The notes beneath the pieces are model-generated. The model saw only the letters and a program-made list of their open reading frames with translations. It was not told where the DNA came from and did not search any database. Of a DNA stretch of 64,000 nucleotides, positions 17,211-26,076 are shown piece by piece; position 1 is the first letter of the stretch, and each line of letters opens with the position of its first letter. This stretch comes from a virus: IMG/VR virus record IMGVR_UViG_3300010373_000002, positions 1-64,000 of that record. One strand, written 5' to 3'. Made by a program: the position numbers and the translations under genes.

Positions 17211-18275
17211 TCATTGCTGTCCTTTCCCTTGGTTGAATTCGCCGAACGAGATGGTCGGCCTTGCCGGGTAAGAGTTCTCAAGCCATTGACAGTAGGATCG
17301 TGCGGAACCGGCGGTCCCGAAGTGGCGGATGACGTCCTCGGGGCACACAGTAAGATAGGCATGTGATCCATCGATTCCCCATTTCTTTACATTCTCGACC
17401 AGCCTCGGCGTCACCCTCCAAGCCATATTGGTAATAGATATACGGTTAATATGATTAGACCATGCGATAAAGTGGTGATTCCCAAAAGTATCGGTGCAAT
17501 TAAACCATTCTAATTCCGGCTTCTTCGGCGTGGCCGGAGGGATGGTTGCCGCCGGCGGCTCGTCTAAGCCGTCAGAAAGTGCTTTCCTGTAATCTTTCGG
17601 AAGCGAGTATCCCCATAGATTGTTCTTCGGAACATCAACGTGGCATCCCAGTTGAAACAGTAACGATTCCGCCTCCTCTCTGGTTCTGAAACCAAGGGCA
17701 TCAAGTGAGCATCGACCCCTTTTGTCGTGGGTTGTGATGCAGAGTTCGAATGGAGAGCCTGGCAAGTGCGGCGAATAATAAATGAACGCTTCCTTAATGT
17801 TGGCTCCCAAGTGAGGCGTCGTTGATTTCCCCGCTTGCTCGGCGAGCCGCTTTTCGAGTTCAGCGATCTTGGCGTCGCGCTCGACTACCTTCTCTTGCAG
17901 TTGGTCGCGCTCGGCCTCGCGCGTAAGGACCTTGAGGGTCAGTTCCCGTTCGCGCTCGAATAGATTGGCGTCAAGTTCGGCCTGGAGGTCGGCGATCACG
18001 TCATTCATCTCTGCTTCCGCGTTCATCTTCGCCACCAGTTCGTCTTCTCTTCGTTGGCATACCTGTTTGACTTGATCGGAATCGGAGTAAGTTTCGGTTC
18101 CCTTTGGGACCAGATCACGGTGCGACTTCTCGTTCGTGTAGAGCGGATATCCAGGCTTGTCGGCCATATCTACTCGGTACAACTTGCCGTCCAGCGACGA
18201 ATACGCCGCCGAGAACCAGTTACCGTTCGCCTCTATCCGGGATTCCCAAACGAGGACATTGTGCGGGACATTCAT
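17211..18275 (-). CDS. W...CQ domain - coiled coil - W...CQ domain protein
   Basis: LVW...GN...VCQRREDEL; central heptads; LEW...GN...WRVTP..EN..KW...YCQWLE. Confidence 0.85.
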   Translation of the reverse strand: MNVPHNVLVWESRIEANGNWFSAAYSSLDGKLYRVDMADKPGYPLYTNEKSHRDLVPKGTETYSDSDQVKQVCQRREDELVAKMNAEAEMNDVIADLQAELDANLFERERELTLKVLTREAERDQLQEKVVERDAKIAELEKRLAEQAGKSTTPHLGANIKEAFIYYSPHLPGSPFELCITTHDKRGRCSLDALGFRTREEAESLLFQLGCHVDVPKNNLWGYSLPKDYRKALSDGLDEPPAATIPPATPKKPELEWFNCTDTFGNHHFIAWSNHINRISITNMAWRVTPRLVENVKKWGIDGSHAYLTVCPEDVIRHFGTAGSARSYCQWLENSYPARPTISFGEFNQGKGQQ

Positions 18276-18532
18276 TGGTTGTCTCCTTTGTATGCGATTT
18301 CCGCAAGAATCTCCGCAATCTTTTTGACTGCCGCCATCCTCTCGCTTGTCGCGGCATTTTCGTCGTTGGCAAGTCTTGTCGCGGCGGCAATATTGACGAT
18401 CCTTTCTGCGGCGACGGAGGATTCCGCTCCCGCCTCCATGAGTTCAAAGTACGTTCCCACAGAGAAGGCGAATATCCTCGCCGAAAACATGCCGGCGACC
18501 TGATCGTCGAAACCGAGTTCTTCGAACTTCAT
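18272..18532 (-). CDS. Hypothetical protein
   Basis: AAAGGA RBS, ATG 18532 overlapping upstream stop. Confidence 0.65.
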   Translation of the reverse strand: MKFEELGFDDQVAGMFSARIFAFSVGTYFELMEAGAESSVAAERIVNIAAATRLANDENAATSERMAAVKKIAEILAEIAYKGDNQ

Positions 18533-19269
18533 TGCTCGTTTCCTTTCGTAGGTGAAGAACCTTTGAGAGCACTTCGCGATAAAAGCCTCGCATTGATAGC
18601 GTCCCGCCAAGCGTCGGTAAGGATTGCGTAGGCAAGGCGTCTCTGTTCCCAAGTAAACCAATCGTCCGGTTGATTTAAGGCGAACCCCCAATCTACTGCT
18701 ACCGCGTGATTAGTGGAGAGCGGGGAGTAGTCGTAGCGACCCGAGTGAATTCCCAGCATACATTTAATGCAGTCCGACATTTCTAGGCTTTCAAGGTTCG
18801 TCCTCTCCGCCCAGTCACGCGGATAAGTTGCGTCCATGTGCTTAAAGCCTTCGACCACTCGGCGGTCGGCTTCTTCTCGTGTTAGCATTCCCATACTCCT
18901 TCTACTTGTTTGACCTCTCGGAACCGCTCTCGATACTTCGCCCCCCCATTTCTGCGCTTCCGGCTCTAAATGCTCGGGGTCGGCCATAGCGAAATGATCC
19001 CAAATATGAAACAGTTTATATTTTACCATCTCAAAAAGTGCGGGAATACTGCAAGACCAGTCGTCGAAATCAAGCGAGTCGTCTCTCGCCACTAAAGCCC
19101 CGTTCTCCAACGGCGGGTCAACGCTGAGACGCCAAGGCGGATCGACGGGAACCAGCCTCCTGCCTTTGTACTCGATCCAGTTTAATTCCATCGCCCAGCA
19201 CTCCGCGTCATGGCGAGTGGTTGGGATTTGGTCGGAAAACAGTTTGATAGAAGTTTCTTTCGGAGTCAT
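18529..19269 (-). CDS. Hypothetical protein (possibly two fused modules)
   Basis: First gene after the promoter; internal AAGGAG-ATG near 18893. Confidence 0.7.
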   Translation of the reverse strand: MTPKETSIKLFSDQIPTTRHDAECWAMELNWIEYKGRRLVPVDPPWRLSVDPPLENGALVARDDSLDFDDWSCSIPALFEMVKYKLFHIWDHFAMADPEHLEPEAQKWGGEVSRAVPRGQTSRRSMGMLTREEADRRVVEGFKHMDATYPRDWAERTNLESLEMSDCIKCMLGIHSGRYDYSPLSTNHAVAVDWGFALNQPDDWFTWEQRRLAYAILTDAWRDAINARLLSRSALKGSSPTKGNEQ

Positions 19270-19312
19270 TTATTCCCTTCTTAAACTCGCCTTGCGTTCC
19301 CTTAGACTGTAT

Positions 19313-19341
19313 AGTATACTCAATACAGAATACAGTGTCAA
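19313..19341 (-). promoter_or_regulatory. Near-consensus sigma70 promoter
   Basis: TTGACA-17 nt-TATACT on the minus strand. Confidence 0.85.
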
Positions 19342-19388
19342 GAGCCTACTGACGGAAAATTCCAGAATTTCACCGCAAGGAACCATCC

Positions 19389-19868
19389 ATGCTAAACCGC
19401 ACCAGGCACACGGATAGAACCGCCGCAATCCTCGAAGCACTCGGGGAAGGCAACAGCGTGGCGTATCTCGCCAAGGCTTACAAAGTATCGAGGCCCTACC
19501 TCTACAAGCTCCGCAAGAAACACTTCGGTTTGACTCGGAAACTGGCCGACGCGGACAAACTGGTCGAAGAGTACGTCGCCGACATGAACACGCTCGCTCC
19601 CACGTTCGCCGGGATCGCGCACGATCGATTCCTAGAGGATATCCAACGGATCACACTCACTGCAACCGACAAGGCGGAGGCGTTGGCCCAGGCCAGGATC
19701 GCCAAAGCGGCCTACTACTTCCGCGAACTGGTCGAAGCGATGCCCAAGGAAGAGGTTGACAAGTTAATGGACACCATCGGGGCCTTCTGGTTGCCGGATA
19801 TTTTTCTCAGGGAAAGGCCCAAGATTTCGCCCAACCTTCCCAAAATAATCAAAGGAGCGGGCGAGTGA
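19389..19868 (+). CDS. HTH DNA-binding regulator
   Basis: G.SVAYLAKAYKVSRPYLYKL; divergent from the strong promoter. Confidence 0.75.
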   Translation: MLNRTRHTDRTAAILEALGEGNSVAYLAKAYKVSRPYLYKLRKKHFGLTRKLADADKLVEEYVADMNTLAPTFAGIAHDRFLEDIQRITLTATDKAEALAQARIAKAAYYFRELVEAMPKEEVDKLMDTIGAFWLPDIFLRERPKISPNLPKIIKGAGE

Positions 19869-19944
19869 CAAGCGGCAGATGTGATTGTTTCTGTTTTCCT
19901 TAAACCGATGACGCCAAAACGATTACGTCAGTAAATCACTAGGT

Positions 19945-19979
19945 AGAAGTTACACTTAAATCACTACATTACAGAAGAA
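19945..19979 (+). promoter_or_regulatory. 35-bp conserved motif, copy 1 (candidate late promoter or activator site)
   Basis: 33/35 identical to 39225-39259. Confidence 0.6.
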
Positions 19980-20004
19980 CAAGGTTCTTCTTAAAGAGGG
20001 AAGC

Positions 20005-20535
20005 ATGGGGACCGTCGTGAAGAAGAAGCGACCGCGAGACAATAAGACTTTGATTCCGAAAGGTTTCTCGTTCGAGGGCGTGCGGGCGCTGCTGAACTCG
20101 GAAATGTCGAATGTCGAAATCAGCAAGACTCTACGGATTACGCCTCAGCATTTCTATAGACTCTTGAAGGAATACGAAATTGAACGCGGCGTCGCGCCTA
20201 AAAAAGACAGCAAACCAAACAAAATGAACAAATTTACCGTCAAAGAATTGGCTTCGTTTATTGTCGATTATGCTTGCGAGGGCGATTTCGACGAGGATTG
20301 GGACGCTTCCGTTTTAATGCTCAAAGAGACATGGGAATACGTGAAAACCCAGTGTCAAAAGCGGAAGCGAAAGAAGAACGAAAAAGACATCGACTTCTTC
20401 GAACTTCTCAAATCCGAGATCATTTCGCTCATTATTCAGTCCGCACCGTCCATGCGACCTTTGATCCGCAAAAGAATCAACGAACTATTCGTCGTCCCGC
20501 CGCCGGACGACTACGAAGGAGAAGATGATGAGTAA
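20005..20535 (+). CDS. HTH-containing protein
   Basis: MSNVEISKTLRITPQHFYRLLKEYEI. Confidence 0.7.
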   Translation: MGTVVKKKRPRDNKTLIPKGFSFEGVRALLNSEMSNVEISKTLRITPQHFYRLLKEYEIERGVAPKKDSKPNKMNKFTVKELASFIVDYACEGDFDEDWDASVLMLKETWEYVKTQCQKRKRKKNEKDIDFFELLKSEIISLIIQSAPSMRPLIRKRINELFVVPPPDDYEGEDDE

Positions 20536-20800
20536 TTTCGCCAAGCTGATCCAGCTTGTGTTCGGCGTCTTGGAAGGCTCCCTCAAGGGTTCCACGACCG
20601 TCCTTGAAAAACTGATGGTCGTTTACAACGCTTTCGCGACCGGAGGCATGGCGGCCGCAGTCAACGCCTTCTTGGTCGGCGTCCTCGGCTTGAACACGGG
20701 AACCGCCGGCGTCTTGCTCCCCGTCGTCCTGGCCGCAGTTACCGCACTCATTGATTATATGAACCGATTGAATCAGGGTTCCGAAGCTAAAACCTCTTGA
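20525..20800 (+). CDS. Small membrane protein (holin-like candidate)
   Basis: Two hydrophobic segments, polar tail. Confidence 0.6.
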   Translation: MMSNFAKLIQLVFGVLEGSLKGSTTVLEKLMVVYNAFATGGMAAAVNAFLVGVLGLNTGTAGVLLPVVLAAVTALIDYMNRLNQGSEAKTS

Positions 20801-20821
20801 AACTCGAACTAAGAGGCGATT

Positions 20822-21100
20822 ATGCAAGATACCGCATTCGATCCGTTCTACGGTTACTCTTACATTTGGTTCCTTAAAAGCGTGGGATGGCTCTGGGGAG
20901 GCGTAAACGTCCTCACAATGGGCTTCAATATACTCACGGTCATGGGGCCGATCCTGTTGGCGATCTCGGCCATCGTCGGCCATGTTCTCCAACATAAAGA
21001 CAAGCGGGCGCAGCGGGAATTCGAGCAGAAAAAGCACGATTTCCACGAGCGCAGAATTAAAGAGCGGGACGAGAGACAAAAAGATTCCAAGGACACATGA
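20822..21100 (+). CDS. Small membrane protein with highly charged C-tail (holin-like candidate)
   Basis: GAGG RBS; TM segments then KDKRAQREFEQKK. Confidence 0.6.
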   Translation: MQDTAFDPFYGYSYIWFLKSVGWLWGGVNVLTMGFNILTVMGPILLAISAIVGHVLQHKDKRAQREFEQKKHDFHERRIKERDERQKDSKDT

Positions 21101-21118
21101 TGCGTATACGGAGGCGAT

Positions 21119-21604
21119 ATGTCGCTCTTAAAGATCGACGACGGAGATTCCTCGAAAGCCGCGCCTTGGATGCTCGATAAGATCACCGAACTCGCTCTGC
21201 TTTTGAAGGACCGCATCGGCATCGTCCCGGCTCTCCTCTTTGATTCCGGCGCGAGGTCTCACGGGGCCTTCATCAAGATCAGGGACGCGGACGATTTAAT
21301 CAAGTTGATCAAAGGCCGGCCGGAAGAGGCGTACAAAGACGAGGAAACCTACGGCGACGAACCTAACGGCGACGAAACGGTGATGGAGACGGGCGAGTAC
21401 CTGGAGCGGCACAGTCTCTCCTCGGGGCGGCTCGACGCCTTGACGGAATCGCTCGCCAAAATCCATCGGCTTCCTCGGCGGAGCAAACTCAAGCACATCT
21501 TGATTGCCCAAGCCGAACTCGCGCTGACGAAAGAATACGATCTCATATTGGAACGTGATTATGGCGATCCGGTCGGTCAGGAACTCAACGGAGACGCAGT
21601 TTAA
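21119..21604 (+). CDS. Hypothetical protein
   Basis: GGAGG RBS. Confidence 0.7.
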   Translation: MSLLKIDDGDSSKAAPWMLDKITELALLLKDRIGIVPALLFDSGARSHGAFIKIRDADDLIKLIKGRPEEAYKDEETYGDEPNGDETVMETGEYLERHSLSSGRLDALTESLAKIHRLPRRSKLKHILIAQAELALTKEYDLILERDYGDPVGQELNGDAV

Positions 21605-21966
21605 TGTTCGCGATTGCCCATAGCTCCCTCGCGTCCGCGTTCGTCTTGTGTTCGGTGTTGGTGTTGGTGATCGTCTACTTGTACCGCAAGAATTGGCCTT
21701 CGACTATCTTCGATGCGAAGTCTTACCGCCGGCACTTGGGACACGAGGGGTATCTGGTCTCTTGGAACAAAGTCAAAAGGTTCGACCACTCGGTCGATAT
21801 GAAGCGGACTCTTTGGGTGGCTCGCGTCAGTCATGTGAATTGCGATCATATCGACACCGTTGAGCGATCCAACCGCAAGCTGATCGCGGCGATCGAGGAA
21901 GCCGTCAACGTTTTGGACGCAAAGATTTTAGCCCAACAACCAAAGAAGGAGACATGGATTGATTAA
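21604..21966 (+). CDS. Membrane-anchored hypothetical protein
   Basis: N-terminal TM helix; TAATG coupling. Confidence 0.7.
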   Translation: MFAIAHSSLASAFVLCSVLVLVIVYLYRKNWPSTIFDAKSYRRHLGHEGYLVSWNKVKRFDHSVDMKRTLWVARVSHVNCDHIDTVERSNRKLIAAIEEAVNVLDAKILAQQPKKETWID

Positions 21967-22309
21967 TTGCGAGCAGAAGAAGCGGCCCGCCTTTGGCTCT
22001 CGGTACACTTCCCGTCCCCGCTTGGACGTGTTCCGCACGAACAAGGCCACGATCGTCTTCAAGGCTCTCACGACGGGCAAGTGGCACAAGGGCCACCCCG
22101 TCTGCGCCCTCTACGTAGGCGGCACGCTGGGCGGCTTCACGCGATGCTGCCGTTGCGAAGGGGCGCACAACTCTCGCGAGCAAGCCATCGACTGCCCCGA
22201 GGCTCGGAAGCGTGCCAGGGAGATCGTCGGCAAAGACGTTGACCGGATGCTCGACGATTACCGTAAGACGGACGACAAGATTCTGCGAGAGGAGATGGCG
22301 GCAAAGTGA
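21959..22309 (+). CDS. Hypothetical Cys/His protein
   Basis: HPVC...CCRC...H...C. Confidence 0.6.
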   Translation: MINCEQKKRPAFGSRYTSRPRLDVFRTNKATIVFKALTTGKWHKGHPVCALYVGGTLGGFTRCCRCEGAHNSREQAIDCPEARKRAREIVGKDVDRMLDDYRKTDDKILREEMAAK

Positions 22310-22536
22310 CTAAATCATTTGGAAGAGACGGCGATTTTTTTTGGCGCAGCAGGGATACGGTTCGGCATGTCTCCGAGTTCGCCGGAGCAACGATCAAGCC
22401 GCAAGGTTCGTGCCCGAACCTTTGGGAATTGACCATTCATTTCAAAACAACCGAAGACCTCTGTTTTTGTTTTGGCGATATCGAAAGCGCTCGCCATGCA
22501 ATCGGATTTATGTTGATACTTTTACATATAGCTTAA
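22306..22536 (+). CDS. Hypothetical protein
   Basis: GTGA coupling. Confidence 0.55.
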   Translation: MTKSFGRDGDFFWRSRDTVRHVSEFAGATIKPQGSCPNLWELTIHFKTTEDLCFCFGDIESARHAIGFMLILLHIA

Positions 22537-22890
22537 CTTCTCATTCGCGGCTCGACATGCTAACGACCGGAATACCGCTGCGGAATCCAGCCGCCCTACT
22601 ACATGTTAAATCGGCTTTCGGATTCCCCACGACCGAATCGGACAGAGCCGCGTTTCGAGTAGCTTTGCCTGTCGAGCCGCGAATGAGAAGGTTTTTTGGT
22701 ACTTACGCATGGAATCTCCTTGTAAGTCGAACGATCAGATAAAATTGTACTCATATCTACTGAAGAACCACCGTGATCCTGCCTGCCGGTTACTCAAGTC
22801 GATCCGTCTCCTCTCTCAAGACCCCCAGTTTGTTGCCCAGGCGTTCGCCTTGAATCGGCTCTCAAGAGGCCGAGCGGCCCACCCACGTCC

Positions 22891-23508
22891 CTAGCCGCCT
22901 CGCTGTAGGCGTTTCATGAGGAAAGAGAGTTGGTTCTTGTACTCCTTGAAGTAGTCCGCTTCGTTTCGCTGGGGATGTTCGCCGTAGAGGAACACTTGGG
23001 CGGATTCCTTTGAAGCGTTCATAGCGGCGACGTGATCCAAGAGCCATCCCGGATTGCCGAGGGTGGCGCAGATCGCCGACAGGGTATGCGTCTTGGCCTT
23101 ATAGAAATCGCCACGGCTACCGTCGTTGGCATACTTCTTGGAAGCCAACTTCCGCGCTGCGTCCCTCTCTTCGGCGATCGTATCCAGGTTGATGCACTCT
23201 TTCTTATTCCAGTCGTTGTTGACGTAGTGATACGCGCACGCCCAAGAGATGCGAATTCCTTCGGAAAGCGATCCTCCCCGTCGAAAGAATCGGCGAATCG
23301 CTCGTTCGGTGCAATCGACCTGGAATGCCCTGAGCGACCTACGAGAGAGGCAACCGCCGTCGAGAGCGATCTCCACCTTCGTCTTGGAAGTGCCGCAGTA
23401 GCTTTGGAGCCGAGCGCACAGACTCCGCCGTTTCCCCTCCAAGGGATCGGCCTCGTGTTGCCAATGAATTTGACCGACGCCGAAGAAACCGAGTAAAGAA
23501 TCAAGCAT
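22891..23508 (-). CDS. Hypothetical protein
   Basis: GAGG RBS; 205 aa ORF. Confidence 0.6.
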   Translation of the reverse strand: MLDSLLGFFGVGQIHWQHEADPLEGKRRSLCARLQSYCGTSKTKVEIALDGGCLSRRSLRAFQVDCTERAIRRFFRRGGSLSEGIRISWACAYHYVNNDWNKKECINLDTIAEERDAARKLASKKYANDGSRGDFYKAKTHTLSAICATLGNPGWLLDHVAAMNASKESAQVFLYGEHPQRNEADYFKEYKNQLSFLMKRLQRGG

Positions 23509-23537
23509 TTGTGTTCCCTCAATGTTGGCGAGATGAA

Positions 23538-23741
23538 ATGAAACGATTTCGCAACCCGAGATACGCTCCCGAGTTTTTAGAGCGACGACTTTCGCCGTCC
23601 TTGGCGATCACGACTTCGGCGATTTACTCGAAGATCGAGGAGCCGCCTCCTCCGCCTAATCCCGACTCGCCGTCTCCTCCGCCGCCGATCGGCCCAAGCG
23701 GCCCGGCGTATTCGGCTCTTTTGCCCCTACCGACTTGTTGA
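23538..23741 (+). CDS. Small Pro-rich peptide with planctomycete-type N-terminal (E.LE.R.L.S) motif
   Basis: MKRFRNPRYAPEFLERRLSPS followed by poly-Pro. Confidence 0.6.
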   Translation: MKRFRNPRYAPEFLERRLSPSLAITTSAIYSKIEEPPPPPNPDSPSPPPPIGPSGPAYSALLPLPTC

Positions 23742-23911
23742 GTGTAGACGACGGGGCACTCCGACCGCTGGATATTGAAGCTACGGCGCACGTCGTCGAA
23801 CACCATATTGCATGTCCCGTGCTCCAGGTTTTTCACGGCGATACGGATCGAGTCTCCCGACGAGTGGATCAATTCAACCCATTGGCCGCCGCGATGTTTA
23901 AGCACAAGCAT
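23624..23911 (-). CDS. csrA: CsrA/RsmA-like translational regulator
   Basis: MLVLKHRGGQWVEL...GDSIRI.V.......F.....F.I.R.E pattern; AAGGA RBS. Confidence 0.6.
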   Translation of the reverse strand: MLVLKHRGGQWVELIHSSGDSIRIAVKNLEHGTCNMVFDDVRRSFNIQRSECPVVYTQQVGRGKRAEYAGPLGPIGGGGDGESGLGGGGGSSIFE

Positions 23912-23947
23912 TTGCGAGTCCTTCTGTAGTTGGTGATTGTCGCTTCT

Positions 23948-24334
23948 TTAGATTTCAGCCTGCCAGCCCATTCGAACCGGCGACTTCGGCATCAGTTTCT
24001 TAATCTCGCTCGACACGAACGAATAAACGGTCGAATCGATGTGATGTTTCATGCAGACCTCTAGGGCTTCGATGGGGTTTTTGGCGGCAACGGCGATTTC
24101 AGCCGCCAACCTCAGCATCGGCCGGGCGAAGTTAGGGATCAACTTCCCTTCTCGTAACCAGTGCCGCACGGCCTCGGCGATGACGCCGGGAATACCACGA
24201 CGTTGACAGACCTCGCGGAAGGCGACCGCTTTCCAGCGACGGCCTTTGCGCGTCCAGATATCGACGGCCTTACCGAATTGCTCGGCGACTTTGATCGCGA
24301 GAGAGAGGGCGGAATTAACGAGTGAAGTCTTCAT
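23948..24334 (-). CDS. Hypothetical protein
   Basis: AGGA RBS. Confidence 0.65.
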   Translation of the reverse strand: MKTSLVNSALSLAIKVAEQFGKAVDIWTRKGRRWKAVAFREVCQRRGIPGVIAEAVRHWLREGKLIPNFARPMLRLAAEIAVAAKNPIEALEVCMKHHIDSTVYSFVSSEIKKLMPKSPVRMGWQAEI

Positions 24335-24343
24335 GCGATTTTC

Positions 24344-24580
24344 CTACTGGTTCGGCGAACATTGAAGGTTTGACGACCGCATCCGCGACTCTTTGACTAA
24401 CTCGCCGATTCCATCCGAGTAGGCTTGGCGAGCCTTGCTCAGTCGCTCTCGGGCGGAGTTATAGACGATCGTTCGAAGGTATTCCCTCGGCTTGACGATC
24501 CACAGCGAGAATGCCTGCCCCTCGCGTTCGAATGCGCGGTCCAGGGTCGCTTTGAGCGCCCAGACTTCGGCGTTAGTCAT
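24344..24580 (-). CDS. Hypothetical protein
   Basis: GAGGAG RBS, ATG 24580. Confidence 0.65.
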   Translation of the reverse strand: MTNAEVWALKATLDRAFEREGQAFSLWIVKPREYLRTIVYNSARERLSKARQAYSDGIGELVKESRMRSSNLQCSPNQ

Positions 24581-24591
24581 GGTTGCTCCTC

Positions 24592-25239
24592 TCAAGAAAC
24601 GACGGTGAAGGGTTCCACATCGCCGGTAACGTGCATTCCCGGAGCGATCGTGGCGTTACGGCCGATGGTTACTCCCGAGTCGATGACGGCATATTGGCCG
24701 ATCTCTACTTGGTCTCCAATGGAACAGTTTTCGCCGATCTTCACGTAAGGACCGATCTCGGGCATATAGCCGATCGTCGTTCCTTGCCCAACTCTAACCT
24801 TCTCTTCGATACCGTGAAGAATGCCGACCTCCACCCCGTCGCCGAATCGGCAACCGTCTCCGATTTCTTCATGGCCCGACTCATCTATAAATGTTCGGTC
24901 TCCTACGATCACGTTGTTTCCAAGACTTGAGTGGATTCGACAGTCTTCGCCGATGCGACAATTTTCTCCTATGCTGCAATCATCTTCGATAAAGGTTCCC
25001 TTTCCGATCTTCGCGTTCCGACAGATTGTTGCTTCTTCGCCGATATCCGCCCATTGACATACCTCGGCAAATCCTTCGATTACGGCCCCGTCTCGGATGT
25101 TCGCCGTATCGCTTACTTTCGCTTTCCAGTGGGCGTATCCTTCGCCAGTTTTAGCCCAGTCGCTTTCGATGCTTCCCGAGTAGCGTTCCATAAGCCAATC
25201 CGGGATAACCGGCGACTTCACCATCTCTGTTCCGTGCAT
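24592..25239 (-). CDS. Hexapeptide-repeat left-handed beta-helix protein
   Basis: Many IG.....I repeats; ends V..DV.P..VV. Confidence 0.9.
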   Translation of the reverse strand: MHGTEMVKSPVIPDWLMERYSGSIESDWAKTGEGYAHWKAKVSDTANIRDGAVIEGFAEVCQWADIGEEATICRNAKIGKGTFIEDDCSIGENCRIGEDCRIHSSLGNNVIVGDRTFIDESGHEEIGDGCRFGDGVEVGILHGIEEKVRVGQGTTIGYMPEIGPYVKIGENCSIGDQVEIGQYAVIDSGVTIGRNATIAPGMHVTGDVEPFTVVS

Positions 25240-25270
25240 GGGTTCTCCTTTGGTTTTCGGTGTCTATTCT

Positions 25271-25298
25271 AGTATAGGGTTGACTTTTCTGTAGTCAA
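25271..25298 (-). promoter_or_regulatory. sigma70-like promoter overlapped by inverted repeat TTGACT-N7-AGTCAA
   Basis: TTGACT-16 nt-TATACT on minus; palindrome 25280-25298. Confidence 0.6.
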
Positions 25299-25382
25299 TA
25301 GGTTGGACTGAATTTTTGCTAGTATTTCGCCGATTCTTTGGCGCGTGGACCGATCCGGTTACGAGGCGGGCAGCTTAAAGGA

Positions 25383-25778
25383 TTAAGAACCGAGCGAAGG
25401 GGTGAGCAAGCCGGCGGTCGCCAGGGTTTCTCGGACCAGCGACGACAGGGATTTACCTTGAGCCTCCGCAGCGGACTTGATTGCCGCGAACTCTTCGGTC
25501 AGCAATCGGAACGTGACCTGTTCGTAGCGTCCCTTATAGTTCGGCGGATGTCTATCGCCGTGAATCTTTTTGATCTTGGCGGCCGACATCTCTCTCTTCA
25601 GACATCCGCACGACGATTTGCCGCCCGATTTGAGCGGCCCCGAAGTGGCTCGGGTGAGTCGCCCGCAATCGCAACGGCAAACCCATACCGCGTTGCCCCT
25701 CAAGAAATCGTCGGTAGCCTCTTCAACGATCAGCCGGCCGAAGCGCTGACCGATCAGGTTATCTTTCGGTCTACCCAT
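25383..25778 (-). CDS. HNH/AP2-associated Cys module fused to ribbon-helix-helix
   Basis: LIGQRFGRL...W.C.CDCG...L.SG...SCGC; VTFRL..EE..AI..AA...G.SLS.LVR. Confidence 0.75.
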   Translation of the reverse strand: MGRPKDNLIGQRFGRLIVEEATDDFLRGNAVWVCRCDCGRLTRATSGPLKSGGKSSCGCLKREMSAAKIKKIHGDRHPPNYKGRYEQVTFRLLTEEFAAIKSAAEAQGKSLSSLVRETLATAGLLTPSLGS

Positions 25779-25791
25779 AATAATCTCCTTA

Positions 25792-26007
25792 TTAAATGAT
25801 CGGCATTTCGCGGCGAAGTCGAGCGTTCTCGGCGATCAAGTCGTCGAGCCTCGATTGCACGGACTGAGTTTCGATATAGATATCGCCGAATACATCATCG
25901 GTTGGGTTTAAGGAGTAGGCTTGGACCAACCGCCAGAGCCTTTGGGCGGAGAGTCGCGCTAAATCGACCTCGAAAGAGTTGACTTGATTCGAGCTATTTG
26001 GGAACAT
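25792..26007 (-). CDS. Hypothetical protein
   Basis: AAGGAG RBS. Confidence 0.65.
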   Translation of the reverse strand: MFPNSSNQVNSFEVDLARLSAQRLWRLVQAYSLNPTDDVFGDIYIETQSVQSRLDDLIAENARLRREMPII

Positions 26008-26076
26008 GGAGTCTCCTTGCTTCAGGGTAGGGAAGGGTGGCCGAGGAAAGTTGACGCCGACCTCGGCCGCCCGTTT

